Notes: generated from the letters alone by a model not told the origin. A stretch of 64,000 nucleotides of DNA from an uncultured delta proteobacterium (GCA_963794325.1 CAWCDG010000008.1:38628-102627); one strand, 5' to 3'. Shown: positions 40,326 through 49,360, numbered from the stretch's first letter. Numbers and translations: made by a program.

Positions 40326-41549
40326 TCAAATGTGCAGCTCCTCCCAGACTTGCTCGCCGCGATCGAAGCGGTCCCGCGACAGTGCGGAGGCGTCGAAGCT
40401 TCCGTATTTTCCGTTCGCGATTAGGTCGGCTAGCGCCTGCCCCGCGCCGTAGGATTGCATCACGCCGCGGCCGCTGAACGAATGCGCCTCGAAAATGCGT
40501 CTGGCTGGATCGGCGCGGCCGACGATTGCGCTGCGGTCGGGACTCACTTCGTACAGCCCGGCCCATCCGGTGACGTGGCGCAGGCGTTCCATCGAGGACA
40601 TCCGCGCGAACATCCGCGGCCAGATTTCGTTCACGAAGAACGGCTCGCCGTCGTAGTTGAAATGATAACCGGGTGGCTCGTCGGGCGGCGAGTATCCCGC
40701 CAGGATGTGCACTCCCTCGTTGTGGAAATACACGCCCGACGTATCGACGATCATCCCGTAGTCCGCGAGGTTCGTCTCGCGATTGTCCACGATGCAGACC
40801 TGGCGGCGAATCGGCTGCGTCCAGTTGCGCAGCCCCAGCAGCTTCATCGCGGTCGGCGACCATGCTCCGCCCGCGACGACGGCCGAATCGCAGGTTAGTT
40901 CGAAGACGCGACCGGTCTCGGCTTCGCCAGGTCCATCTTGAGTCATCATGCGAATGAGGCCTTCGTCGGTGTGCTGGACGTCGGACTGCCAGCATTGCAG
41001 GCGCACCTCAGATGCGCCCGCGTCGATCGCGATGACGTAGGTGCGATCGAGAAACTGCGCGCCGAGCTTCAGCGCGCGCGCCCGGTAGTGTTCCTTGAGC
41101 AGGTTCGGGTTGATGAGCCCGTCGGCGGGCGAGAACGTCGCGCCCGCAATCCCGTCGAGCTTGTCGATTTCGGGCACGCGACGGTTGACGTCGGCGGGCG
41201 TCAACGCCTCGATCTGATGGCCGAGCTCGCGCTGCAGCGGAATATGCTCGAGTGCACCTGCAAACGTGTCCTTGTCGTAGAGCCAGAGATAGCCCTTCTG
41301 GCGAAAGCCGACCTCGTCGCGCACCCGCTGGTAGTACTCGATCGACGCGCGGCATAGCGCGATGTTCACGCGCTGCCACCATGTGGCGCGCACCCCACCC
41401 GCATTCTTTTCACTCGAGCTGAGGCGTCCGCTGAGATCGATATCGACGGCCAGCGCTTTGAGGCCGCGCTCGGCGAGTCCCATCGTGACCGAACTGCCGA
41501 CGACCCCCGCGCCGATCACAATCACCTCGAATCGCTCTCCGGCAATCAC
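40326..41549 (-). CDS. FAD-dependent oxidoreductase (DAO/sarcosine oxidase beta-like)
   Basis: IGAGVVG, SSEKNAGGVR, WAGLYEVSPD, FSGRGVM. Confidence 0.88.
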   Translation of the reverse strand: MIAGERFEVIVIGAGVVGSSVTMGLAERGLKALAVDIDLSGRLSSSEKNAGGVRATWWQRVNIALCRASIEYYQRVRDEVGFRQKGYLWLYDKDTFAGALEHIPLQRELGHQIEALTPADVNRRVPEIDKLDGIAGATFSPADGLINPNLLKEHYRARALKLGAQFLDRTYVIAIDAGASEVRLQCWQSDVQHTDEGLIRMMTQDGPGEAETGRVFELTCDSAVVAGGAWSPTAMKLLGLRNWTQPIRRQVCIVDNRETNLADYGMIVDTSGVYFHNEGVHILAGYSPPDEPPGYHFNYDGEPFFVNEIWPRMFARMSSMERLRHVTGWAGLYEVSPDRSAIVGRADPARRIFEAHSFSGRGVMQSYGAGQALADLIANGKYGSFDASALSRDRFDRGEQVWEELHI

Positions 41550-41583
41550 GGCATCGATTCTATCAAAGTAGTGTCGTTGAGAG

Positions 41584-41868
41584 TCAGAACTTCTCGGGCC
41601 ATTTTCGAGCGGCGTGGAATACTCGCAGGATCTCGACGGTATTGGTGCGCACCCGATACGGGACGATGTATGGCGTCCCGGTTATCACGAGTTCGCGGGT
41701 GCCGGGGACGCGGCCGATCCGACCGGACGCTGGCTGATTGCCGAGCCGAACTACGCCGGCTGCGATTCGTTCCACAATTCGCGCGGCGGCTTTGGGATTG
41801 TCGCGTGCGATGTACTCGGCTTCCTCGTCGAGATTTCTGAGCGCGCGCTTAAGCCATCGGACGCGCAC
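41584..41868 (-). CDS. RelE/ParE-family toxin
   Basis: VRWLKRALRNL..YIARDNPKAA, GRIGRVPGTRELV, YIVPYRV, ILRVFHAAR. Confidence 0.9.
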   Translation of the reverse strand: MRVRWLKRALRNLDEEAEYIARDNPKAAARIVERIAAGVVRLGNQPASGRIGRVPGTRELVITGTPYIVPYRVRTNTVEILRVFHAARKWPEKF

Positions 41869-42100
41869 GTCGGCTCCACTTCTTCATCACCGCCTGGACT
41901 TCTTCTTCACTCGCGAAGTCGCCGGAGTCGGCCTCCTTCAGCGCAACTCTGATTTCGGTGATTTGCCATTCGTTCAGCTCGACGTACGAGCGGATCGCTT
42001 CGGCAGCGACGTAGGATTTGGTGCGTTCCATCGCCTTGGCCAGTTTCTCGAGGCGGGTTTTGGTTTTGCGATCAACGCGGATCGTCATTACATCGGACAT
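41849..42100 (-). CDS. CopG/RHH-family antitoxin
   Basis: MTIRVD..RLEKLAKAMERTKSYVAAEAI..W Q, EADSGDFASEEEV; overlaps the toxin start. Confidence 0.88.
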   Translation of the reverse strand: MSDVMTIRVDRKTKTRLEKLAKAMERTKSYVAAEAIRSYVELNEWQITEIRVALKEADSGDFASEEEVQAVMKKWSRRARPMA

Positions 42101-42147
42101 AGGTGTAGTGTGCTGTATACATTGGCATTCGGCAAGGGATCCGAGGC

Positions 42148-42189
42148 AACCTAACTCCTGCCCCCTTCCTTCGGGGGAAGGGGAACCAG
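42148..42189. repeat. REP-like repeat family A copy 2
   Basis: aacctaactcctgcCCCCTTCCttcgggGGAAGGGGaaccag (reverse orientation relative to copy 1). Confidence 0.75.
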
Positions 42190-42245
42190 TCGTTGGACGA
42201 ATAGGGGCTTGTGCGGATACCTCGCGGGCTGCCAATTTTGTATCG

Positions 42246-43022
42246 ATGTGCACCCTGGCCATCTACTTTCAGTCCACCGGCGATTATCCGGTTGTGATTG
42301 CGGCTAATCGCGATGAGTTTCTCGAGCGGCCTGCGGCGGACCCCACTACCCTGCTCGAACATCCGCATGTGATCGGCGGGAAGGATCTCAAAGCCGGCGG
42401 GACCTGGCTCGGGATCAGTCAGAATGGAATCGTTGCGGGGTTGCTGAATCGGCGGGCCGAGAATGGCGGAAACCCGAATGCGCGATCGCGCGGGCTGCTC
42501 TGCCTCGACGCGCTCCGGCGCAGCACTGCGCGCGAGGCCGCTGAGTTCGCATCGCGGGAGCGCGGCTCGGATTACAATCCGTTCAATTTGTTGATCGTGT
42601 CGCGCACCGAGGCGTTCGTTGCTTACAATCGCGGCGCGTCGATCGAAGTGGTCGAGATCAAGCCGGGGCTGCATCTGCTGTCCAATCTCGATTTGAATGA
42701 TTTCGAGTGTCCGAAGATCAGCGCCTCGTACGGGAAGTTTGCGGCACTAGGGAATCGCGAGGATTTTCAGCGCGATCCAGTCGGCAATAGGTCTGCGCTC
42801 GGGGCGTTGCTGGCCGACCACAATACGCAGCTCGATTCGCGCACTGGACGGCCTAACGCCTTGTGTCTGCATCTCGATAATTATGGGACGCGGTCGTCCA
42901 GCTTGATTTTCCTGGCCGCGGACTCCACGGAGATTGCCCACTACTTTGCGCCGGGGCCGCCGTGTGTGACCGCGTATGGTCCAGCGATGGTCCCGCGACG
43001 CGAGAAGGAACCTAACCCCTAA
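42246..43022 (+). CDS. NRDE/TANGO2-family protein
   Basis: MCTL start, AANRDEF, DLKAGGTWLG, SRGLL, YGTRSS. Confidence 0.92.
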   Translation: MCTLAIYFQSTGDYPVVIAANRDEFLERPAADPTTLLEHPHVIGGKDLKAGGTWLGISQNGIVAGLLNRRAENGGNPNARSRGLLCLDALRRSTAREAAEFASRERGSDYNPFNLLIVSRTEAFVAYNRGASIEVVEIKPGLHLLSNLDLNDFECPKISASYGKFAALGNREDFQRDPVGNRSALGALLADHNTQLDSRTGRPNALCLHLDNYGTRSSSLIFLAADSTEIAHYFAPGPPCVTAYGPAMVPRREKEPNP

Positions 43023-43047
43023 CCCCTTCCCTCGAGGGAAGGGGAAC
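43009..43047. repeat. REP-like repeat family A copy 3 (supplies the NRDE stop codon)
   Basis: aacctaacccctaaCCCCTTCCCtcgaGGGAAGGGGaac. Confidence 0.88.
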
Positions 43048-43071
43048 AATCGCGCAGAGGTTAGGCGCGGA

Positions 43072-43257
43072 CTATGTGGTGAAGTAGGCGGCGATGCCGG
43101 TGAGGATGAAGCATCCGATGGCGATTGAGGCGGAGGCCAGGAAAATCGAGGCGAGGAACGGCGGCTCGATCACGAAGAACAGGATGAAGCCGGCCACCAG
43201 CGCGACGACGCTCGCCATTATCGCGAAGACCATACTCACGTTGCGCAATTGCACCAT
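43072..43257 (-). CDS. Small two-TM membrane protein
   Basis: 61-aa very hydrophobic ORF (MVQLRNVSMVFAIM...) with GGAG 5' of the ATG. Confidence 0.6.
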   Translation of the reverse strand: MVQLRNVSMVFAIMASVVALVAGFILFFVIEPPFLASIFLASASIAIGCFILTGIAAYFTT

Positions 43258-43359
43258 CGCGGCTCTCCAAATCGCCTTGACGCCAAGGTGCAGCTGAGTA
43301 TACGCCGTGAGTTGATCGAACGCGGCGTGGGACGCGGACCGATTGGGGGTTTTGAATTG

Positions 43360-44418
43360 ATGCGCATTAGCCGAAAGCCGATTGCATTCCTGATTCTCGC
43401 GATTGCTGTAGCAGTTGCAACCGCGTACCCGGTCCGCGCGCAGTTGGGGCAGTCGGGACTTAGCTGGCAGCAACGCTTCCTCGGGATCATTCCGCTGGTC
43501 AAGCCCGACCCGAAAGACCCGGTGGTGGTCATGGTCAACGGCGCGCCGATTACTGCGGCCGAAATCGCCGACTACGCGAAGACCGAAGCGAATATAATCG
43601 GCGCGACCAGCACCGAGGAAAACAAAGCGGTGTTTCGCGACGCGAGCGAGAATTTAATCAATCGGCAGTTGCTGATGCAGGAAGCGGCGAAACGCAAGAT
43701 CACGGTAACCGACGGCGAAGTGGCGAATCGCGCGCGCGAGTTCCAGATTGGAGGCGCCGGCGGACAGACCGCGCCGCAGACCGGCGCCCCCGATGCGCAA
43801 CTGATGGCCGCGGTGCGCGGGTCGATGATGATCGAGAAGATGCTCGACGACGAGTTCCGCGCGCATCATGTGCAACCCACCGATGCGCAGATTCAGAATT
43901 ACTACGAGGAGCATCGCGATCTGTTCGTCAAGGATCCCGGCGAGGTCGAGCTCGCGCATATTGCGGTCAAGCTTCCACCCAACGCGACCGAGGCGCAGAA
44001 GAAAGCGGCGGCGGAAAAAATAATCGGAATTTACAACGAGGCGAAGAAGACCAAAGACTTCGCCGCCCTCGCGAAAAAGGACTCGGAAGACACCGAGTCG
44101 GCGGCAAAGGGCGGCGACCTCGGCTACTTTCGGCCCGGGCAGTTGCCGCCGGTTGTGGACAAGGTGGTGTTTGCGACGCCGGTCGGACAACTGACGCAAA
44201 TCGTCGAATCGAATCTCGGTTTCAGCTTCATCAAGGTCGTCGCGCGGCGCGGGGAAACCATCTCGCCGCTGTCGGAGGTGAAAGCGAAAATCGCGATGTT
44301 CATCCTCGATGAGAATGAAGATGCGGTAGTGAAGGCGCTTATCAAGAAGATCGCGAAAGGCGCGAAGATCGAATTCAAGACCCCGCCGGGTGGGGAAGGC
44401 GCAGCAAAAGGAACTTGA
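43360..44418 (+). CDS. SurA/PrsA-like parvulin peptidyl-prolyl isomerase
   Basis: Signal peptide, VNGAPIT, AHIAVK, DFAALAKKDSED..KGGDLGYF. Confidence 0.88.
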   Translation: MRISRKPIAFLILAIAVAVATAYPVRAQLGQSGLSWQQRFLGIIPLVKPDPKDPVVVMVNGAPITAAEIADYAKTEANIIGATSTEENKAVFRDASENLINRQLLMQEAAKRKITVTDGEVANRAREFQIGGAGGQTAPQTGAPDAQLMAAVRGSMMIEKMLDDEFRAHHVQPTDAQIQNYYEEHRDLFVKDPGEVELAHIAVKLPPNATEAQKKAAAEKIIGIYNEAKKTKDFAALAKKDSEDTESAAKGGDLGYFRPGQLPPVVDKVVFATPVGQLTQIVESNLGFSFIKVVARRGETISPLSEVKAKIAMFILDENEDAVVKALIKKIAKGAKIEFKTPPGGEGAAKGT

Positions 44419-44421
44419 TTG

Positions 44422-44535
44422 AATGTGAAACCCGCGGTGGGTTTCACGCTTCCTTCGGCAGGGCTAAGCCCTGCACCTTAGTATTAGGAGAAGATGCGGG
44501 ACTTCGTCCCTATTAAAAGGTTGGGGGGCGGAGGC
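44422..44535 (-). repeat. Three-hairpin repeat family B copy 1
   Basis: Hairpins GTGAAACCC/GGGTTTCAC, GCAGGGC/GCCCTGC and GGGAC/GTCCC; reverse complement aligns with 63090-63205 and 58575-58640. Confidence 0.88.
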
Positions 44536-44549
44536 CCCGGTCCTTCTTG

Positions 44550-44613
44550 CCTCGCCCGTTATTTTACGGGAGAGGTGGCCGGCGGGCGCAGCCGCCGGTA
44601 GGTGAGGGTTCTG
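44550..44613. repeat. 64-bp repeat family C copy 1
   Basis: 63/64 identical to 53359-53422 by manual alignment. Confidence 0.9.
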
Positions 44614-44676
44614 CGTTCAAGATTGAAGCATGACACGTCAACGCCTGCTCTTTTGCATACTCAGAGAGTACCGCCG

Positions 44677-45408
44677 CTATACAAGGAGGCGGCCGCCTTC
44701 CAGCGGCAATACAACGCCGGTGGCGAAGTCGGTTTCGCAGAAGAAGACTACGGCGCGGGCTACGTCATCAGGCGTTCCCATTTTTCTTGTCAGCGTGCGA
44801 TTTACCAGGCGCTCAATTTCTTCCTTGGTGTAACCCTCGGGAGGAATCACCATCCCCAGTGCTATGCAATTGACCTGGACTGTTGGGGCTAGTTCTTTGG
44901 CTAGCGCTCTTGTGAGGCCTATCATCGCGCTCTTTGATACCGAGTATGGCAGGTAGTCTTTGTAGGGACGGATACCGGCCCAGTCGCCGATGTTTATGAT
45001 TTTTCCGGCGCCCTGCTTGCGCATCGCAGCTCCAGCGAACTTCGACAGGAAGAATGGCGCCTTCAGGTTGGTGTCGAGGTTCTCGTCCCAGTCTTGCTCG
45101 GTGATGGTTTCGAGAGGCGTTGGTCCAAAGACTGACGCTGAGTTGACGAGGATGTCGATCCGGCCGAAGGCTTCAACGATCTTTGCGATCAATTGCTCGA
45201 TTTCGGCGACGTGCTCGAGGTCGGCGCAAAAGGCTTGCGCTTTGCCGCCGTTACTTGTGATCTCGGAGACTACTGCGTCAGCTTCGGATTGCGAGTTGCG
45301 ATAGTGCGCGGCGACGCTAGCGCCGTGCGCAGCGAGATCCAGCGCGATTGCGCGCCCGACGCGCCGTCCGGCCCCGGTTACGAGTGCTACTTTGTTTTTC
45401 AGCTCCAC
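44677..45408 (-). CDS. SDR-family oxidoreductase (pteridine reductase-like)
   Basis: TGAGRRVG, VNSAS, YSVSK (YxxxK). Confidence 0.88.
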   Translation of the reverse strand: MELKNKVALVTGAGRRVGRAIALDLAAHGASVAAHYRNSQSEADAVVSEITSNGGKAQAFCADLEHVAEIEQLIAKIVEAFGRIDILVNSASVFGPTPLETITEQDWDENLDTNLKAPFFLSKFAGAAMRKQGAGKIINIGDWAGIRPYKDYLPYSVSKSAMIGLTRALAKELAPTVQVNCIALGMVIPPEGYTKEEIERLVNRTLTRKMGTPDDVARAVVFFCETDFATGVVLPLEGGRLLV

Positions 45409-45452
45409 CGTGAGATGCGGACGAAAGCAAAATTCTGCCGCCCTTTTTAAAT

Positions 45453-45495
45453 CCGGTTCCCCTTCCCTCGAGGGAAGGGGTTAGGGGTTGGGTTC
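45453..45495. repeat. REP-like repeat family A copy 4
   Basis: ccggttCCCCTTCCCtcgaGGGAAGGGGttaggggttgggttc. Confidence 0.88.
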
Positions 45496-45511
45496 TTAAG
45501 GCGCGGATTTG

Positions 45512-46786
45512 TTAAGAGATGGCCGCGTGGATAGCCTTTACCAGAGCCAAGTTGTCGGAGTGGCCGGTCTTCGATGCGGTTACGTGCGCTTGCAGAGGAC
45601 GCCCTAGCAGGTACAGATCGCCGATCAGGTCGAGGACTTTGTGGCGCGCGAATTCGTCGCGAAAGCGCAGCGTCGTATTCACCACTTTTTCATCGTCCAC
45701 CAGGATCGCGTTGTCAATGCGGGCGCCGCTGCCGAGGCCTAACTGCGCGAGCTTGCGAAATTCCCAGACGAAGCCGAAAGTTCGTGCCGGCGCTATCTCG
45801 CGCGTGTAGGCGTCCGCAGAAGTCAGCTCGAAATGCAACTGCTGAACGCCAATCGGCTTTGGATAGTCGAGCGTATAGTCGATGATCAGGTGATCAGCAG
45901 GTTCGACCTTGATGAACTCCAGGCCCTCGCCTTCCTCACCGATGATGATCTTGTCCTTGATTCGAATCGGCTCGACGGTCGCGTCCTGATCGGTCAATCC
46001 GGCTTCCGCCAGCTGTTTGCAGAATTCGATAGCCGATCCGTCGAGCGCCGGAACTTCGTCGTCAGTCTTAACCAGCAAGTTAGTGATCCCGAACGCGTGC
46101 AGTGCCGACAGCAAATGTTCGACGGTGCGCACCGAACGGCTGCCGCTGGTAAGGGTGGTGTTGTATCCGGTGTCGGTCACGTTCTCGAAGCAGACCGGAA
46201 TCGCGGTCTCGTCGGCCAGCGAAGTGAACACGATTCCAAATCCCGCGGGCGCCGGATGCAGTATGACGCCGGTCTTGAGCCCCGTGTGAAGCCCCTGCCC
46301 TCCCATCACGATCGAACGCCCGACAGTTCGTTGAGGAGTCGCCCCGGCCCGAATCGCCTCGCGGCCGGCGGCGCGAACTTCGGCGCTCATCCCGCGCACG
46401 TTTGATGGATCCGGACCGGCGGAGTCGCCTTCGAGCGCGCGCGCGATCGACGCGAGCAATCCACTGACCGAGAATGGCTTTTGAATGAAGTCGGCGGCGC
46501 CGAGCTTGGTCGCCGCAACCGCGCTCTGGATGTTGGCATGGCCGGAAATCATGATCACCGGCACTCGCGGCTGCTCGGATTTGATTCGGCGCAGCAACTC
46601 GATGCCGTCCATGTCAGGCATCCAAACGTCAAGCAGAACGATTGCGGGACTTTCCCGCGCAATCAAATCCATCACGCCCGGCGCGTTGCCTGTATCGACC
46701 ACGCGAAAGCCTTCGTCGCTTAAAATTCCACGCAAAGACGACCGAATCCGCTCCTCATCATCAACCACCAGCACGGTCTCGTTCAC
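45512..46786 (-). CDS. lpxC: Receiver (REC) domain fused to UDP-3-O-acyl-N-acetylglucosamine deacetylase LpxC
   Basis: N-terminal VLVVDDE, LLDVWMPDMDG, MISGH, FIQKPF; C-terminal QRTV, GLHTG, TVEHLLSAL, PALDGSA, ARTFGF, RHKVLDLIGDL, GH. Confidence 0.92.
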   Translation of the reverse strand: MNETVLVVDDEERIRSSLRGILSDEGFRVVDTGNAPGVMDLIARESPAIVLLDVWMPDMDGIELLRRIKSEQPRVPVIMISGHANIQSAVAATKLGAADFIQKPFSVSGLLASIARALEGDSAGPDPSNVRGMSAEVRAAGREAIRAGATPQRTVGRSIVMGGQGLHTGLKTGVILHPAPAGFGIVFTSLADETAIPVCFENVTDTGYNTTLTSGSRSVRTVEHLLSALHAFGITNLLVKTDDEVPALDGSAIEFCKQLAEAGLTDQDATVEPIRIKDKIIIGEEGEGLEFIKVEPADHLIIDYTLDYPKPIGVQQLHFELTSADAYTREIAPARTFGFVWEFRKLAQLGLGSGARIDNAILVDDEKVVNTTLRFRDEFARHKVLDLIGDLYLLGRPLQAHVTASKTGHSDNLALVKAIHAAIS

Positions 46787-46837
46787 GTCAGATTTTCTCC
46801 GGGAGGCGCGCTACGTCGCAGCGCGGTAAGGGTCGCA

Positions 46838-49066
46838 TCAGCCGGTCGCCTTTGCGAATTGCTGTAGCTTAACAGGGAATTCCAGCACAAATCTACTTCC
46901 GCGCGGCCGGTTATCGGTCACACGGACGAATCCGTGATGGTCCGTGACCACCGCGGAAACGATCGCAAGGCCGAGACCGGTGCCGCCCTTTTTGCCCGAA
47001 TAGTACGGCTCGAAAATGCGCGTGCGCAGCCGCGGATCGATTCCGGGGCCGTTGTCCGCGACCTCGAGAGTTACCAGCGAGTTGTCTGAAAGCCGGCTGC
47101 TGCGCACTTCGATCTTCGGACCGGCGCCGTTGTGATTGATCGCGGTCACCGCGGCGACGGCGTTGTCGAGCAGGTTGACCAGCGCGCGCTTCATCGCGTC
47201 GCGATCGATCGGGATAAGCGGAATCGCCGGATCGAGCGCAAGCGCGAACTCGACGTTGGGATTCGCCTCACGGAAATTCGCGACCGTCTCGCTGGCCAGC
47301 GCGTTGATGTCGCCGGGAACCGGATTCAAATGCGGCATTCGCGCGAACGCCGAGAACTCATTGACCAGGCGTTTCAGATCTTCGACTTCGCCGATAATCG
47401 TTTTCGTGCATTCTTCAACCAGCGTCGATTCGATTCCCGGGCGCGCGCCGAGCTGACGCCGGAGCCGTTCGGCCGAGAGCTGGATTGGTGTCAACGGATT
47501 CTTGATCTCGTGCGCGATTCGGCGGGCGACTTCGCGCCACGCTTCGATCCGTTCGACCTTCGCAATCTGGCTGACGTCTTCGAAAAACAGCACCGTGCCC
47601 GAGGGCTCGTCGGGCGCGTCGCCCAGCGGACTGGCGGTCATCATCAATTCGGTCTCTGCGCCACTGACTTCGAGCTTGACCGTCGAGCGCGCCTCGCGCG
47701 GCCGCGTCGCGAACGCGAACACGTCGTCAAGCGCGCGCGCCAGCGCGACCGGGAACGCGCCCTGGTAATTACGGCCGATTACGTCGGCAGCGCTAAGATC
47801 GAGCAGCCGCTCGGCGCATGGATTGATCGTCGTGACGACGCCGTCGTGATCGAGGCCGACCACGCCCGCCGACACGTTGCGCAGCAGTGTCTCGGTGTAC
47901 TGGCGGCGGCGCTCGAGCTCCGCGGCTGAGGAGCGCAAATCGGCCGTCATCTGGTTGAACGAATCGACCAGGTGCCCGATTTCGTCGTCCCCCACCGCGG
48001 GAATTCGGAAATTGAGATCGCCGGCCGCGATCGCCTGCGTCCCGCGCGCGAGCAGTTTGATCGGTCCGGTGATTCCGCGCGACAGAAAAATTCCAAACCA
48101 GCTCGCCAGCGTCACCACCACCAGTCCGATCAGCACCAGCGTGATCAGGTAGCTGTTCATGATCGGCTGACGAAGGATTCGCAATTGAAAATAATCCTCC
48201 GACACGCGCGAGATGTTGGTCGCCCGCGTCGCGAGGCTCTGCGGCAGGTAATAATCGACCAGCACTGCGCCGAGCACATTGTCAGTCTCACTCGACACGT
48301 AAATAGGCGCCGATCCGCGGATCACGTCCGCATCACCGAGACGATCGGTGCGCGTGAGCGCCTGTCCTTTCAGCGTCTGCGAGATAATCGGCGAATCGGG
48401 CGATGCGCCGACCCCCGTCGGTGTTTTCGGGCTAAGGTCGATGAGCAGTAGTTTGCGATCGGCGGAGAAGACCTCGATCGTGCCGAGGTTGTACTCCTGC
48501 TGCCGCTTGGCGATGAACTTTTTGAGCTCGTCGCGCTTGCCGGGCGCGAGCAGGCCTTGCGCCGCGATCTCTTCCGCCAGCACGCGCGCGAAATGCGACG
48601 CGTTGTTGGCCGAGTTGAGATAGTAGGTCTTCGCGATCTCGAGCGAGTCGTTGAGAATCTGCTCGTACTCGGGATTGAACCAGCTGTTGATGTCGGCATG
48701 GAGGAAGACGCCCGACACGTAGAGCAAGAACGCGCTCGGAATCAGCGCGACCGCGATGAAGCCCGCGACCAGCCGCACCTGGAATTTTGATCCGATCAAT
48801 CCGCGGCGGCGCTCGAAGATGACCTTGGCGAGATTGCGTCCCACCAGGAACAGCATCAAGGCCAGCAGCAGGAAGCTCAGGTTGAAGAGCGAGATGACGG
48901 CGAGGTTCGAGACCAGCGACGTATGCCGAGTGAGCGGTGGCAACTCGGTCTGCGCGAGCACGAATGCGATCAGCGTCACGCCCGCCACGCCGACCGCGAT
49001 CAGCTCGCGACGACGCCGCTTGCGCTCTGCGAGCCGATGGGGGCTTACGGGTTTCTCAGCGGCCAA
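46838..49066 (-). CDS. NtrY-like HAMP-PAS sensor histidine kinase
   Basis: Three N-terminal TMs, periplasmic domain, HAMP, PAS, AWREVARRIAHEIKNPLTPIQLSAERL, NLLDNA, DNGPG, GTGLGL. Confidence 0.92.
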   Translation of the reverse strand: MAAEKPVSPHRLAERKRRRRELIAVGVAGVTLIAFVLAQTELPPLTRHTSLVSNLAVISLFNLSFLLLALMLFLVGRNLAKVIFERRRGLIGSKFQVRLVAGFIAVALIPSAFLLYVSGVFLHADINSWFNPEYEQILNDSLEIAKTYYLNSANNASHFARVLAEEIAAQGLLAPGKRDELKKFIAKRQQEYNLGTIEVFSADRKLLLIDLSPKTPTGVGASPDSPIISQTLKGQALTRTDRLGDADVIRGSAPIYVSSETDNVLGAVLVDYYLPQSLATRATNISRVSEDYFQLRILRQPIMNSYLITLVLIGLVVVTLASWFGIFLSRGITGPIKLLARGTQAIAAGDLNFRIPAVGDDEIGHLVDSFNQMTADLRSSAAELERRRQYTETLLRNVSAGVVGLDHDGVVTTINPCAERLLDLSAADVIGRNYQGAFPVALARALDDVFAFATRPREARSTVKLEVSGAETELMMTASPLGDAPDEPSGTVLFFEDVSQIAKVERIEAWREVARRIAHEIKNPLTPIQLSAERLRRQLGARPGIESTLVEECTKTIIGEVEDLKRLVNEFSAFARMPHLNPVPGDINALASETVANFREANPNVEFALALDPAIPLIPIDRDAMKRALVNLLDNAVAAVTAINHNGAGPKIEVRSSRLSDNSLVTLEVADNGPGIDPRLRTRIFEPYYSGKKGGTGLGLAIVSAVVTDHHGFVRVTDNRPRGSRFVLEFPVKLQQFAKATG

Positions 49067-49070
49067 TTCG

Positions 49071-49283
49071 TCAACGCCTCACCAGCGAAAGAAATATTGT
49101 CGCAACGATGCTGATTAGAATGCATGTGACGATGGGAAAATAGAAAGTGAAGTTGCCGCGACGGACGTAGATGTCGCCGGGCAGTTTTCCGATAAGTGGT
49201 ACCGACGAGAATCCCCACAGCAGTAGTCCCACGGCGACTATCGCGATTCCGGCGAAGACCAGGTTTTTTCCTATCGGCGCCAT
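49071..49283 (-). CDS. DUF2905-like small membrane protein
   Basis: GKLPGDIYV..NFTFYFPIVTCILISI signature. Confidence 0.85.
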   Translation of the reverse strand: MAPIGKNLVFAGIAIVAVGLLLWGFSSVPLIGKLPGDIYVRRGNFTFYFPIVTCILISIVATIFLSLVRR

Positions 49284-49360
49284 CGCACAGCTGCCTCTGG
49301 CCCGATTGTACAAGACGCGCGGCCCTTACAATACAAGGGCAGACGGCCTGATCGACGGCT

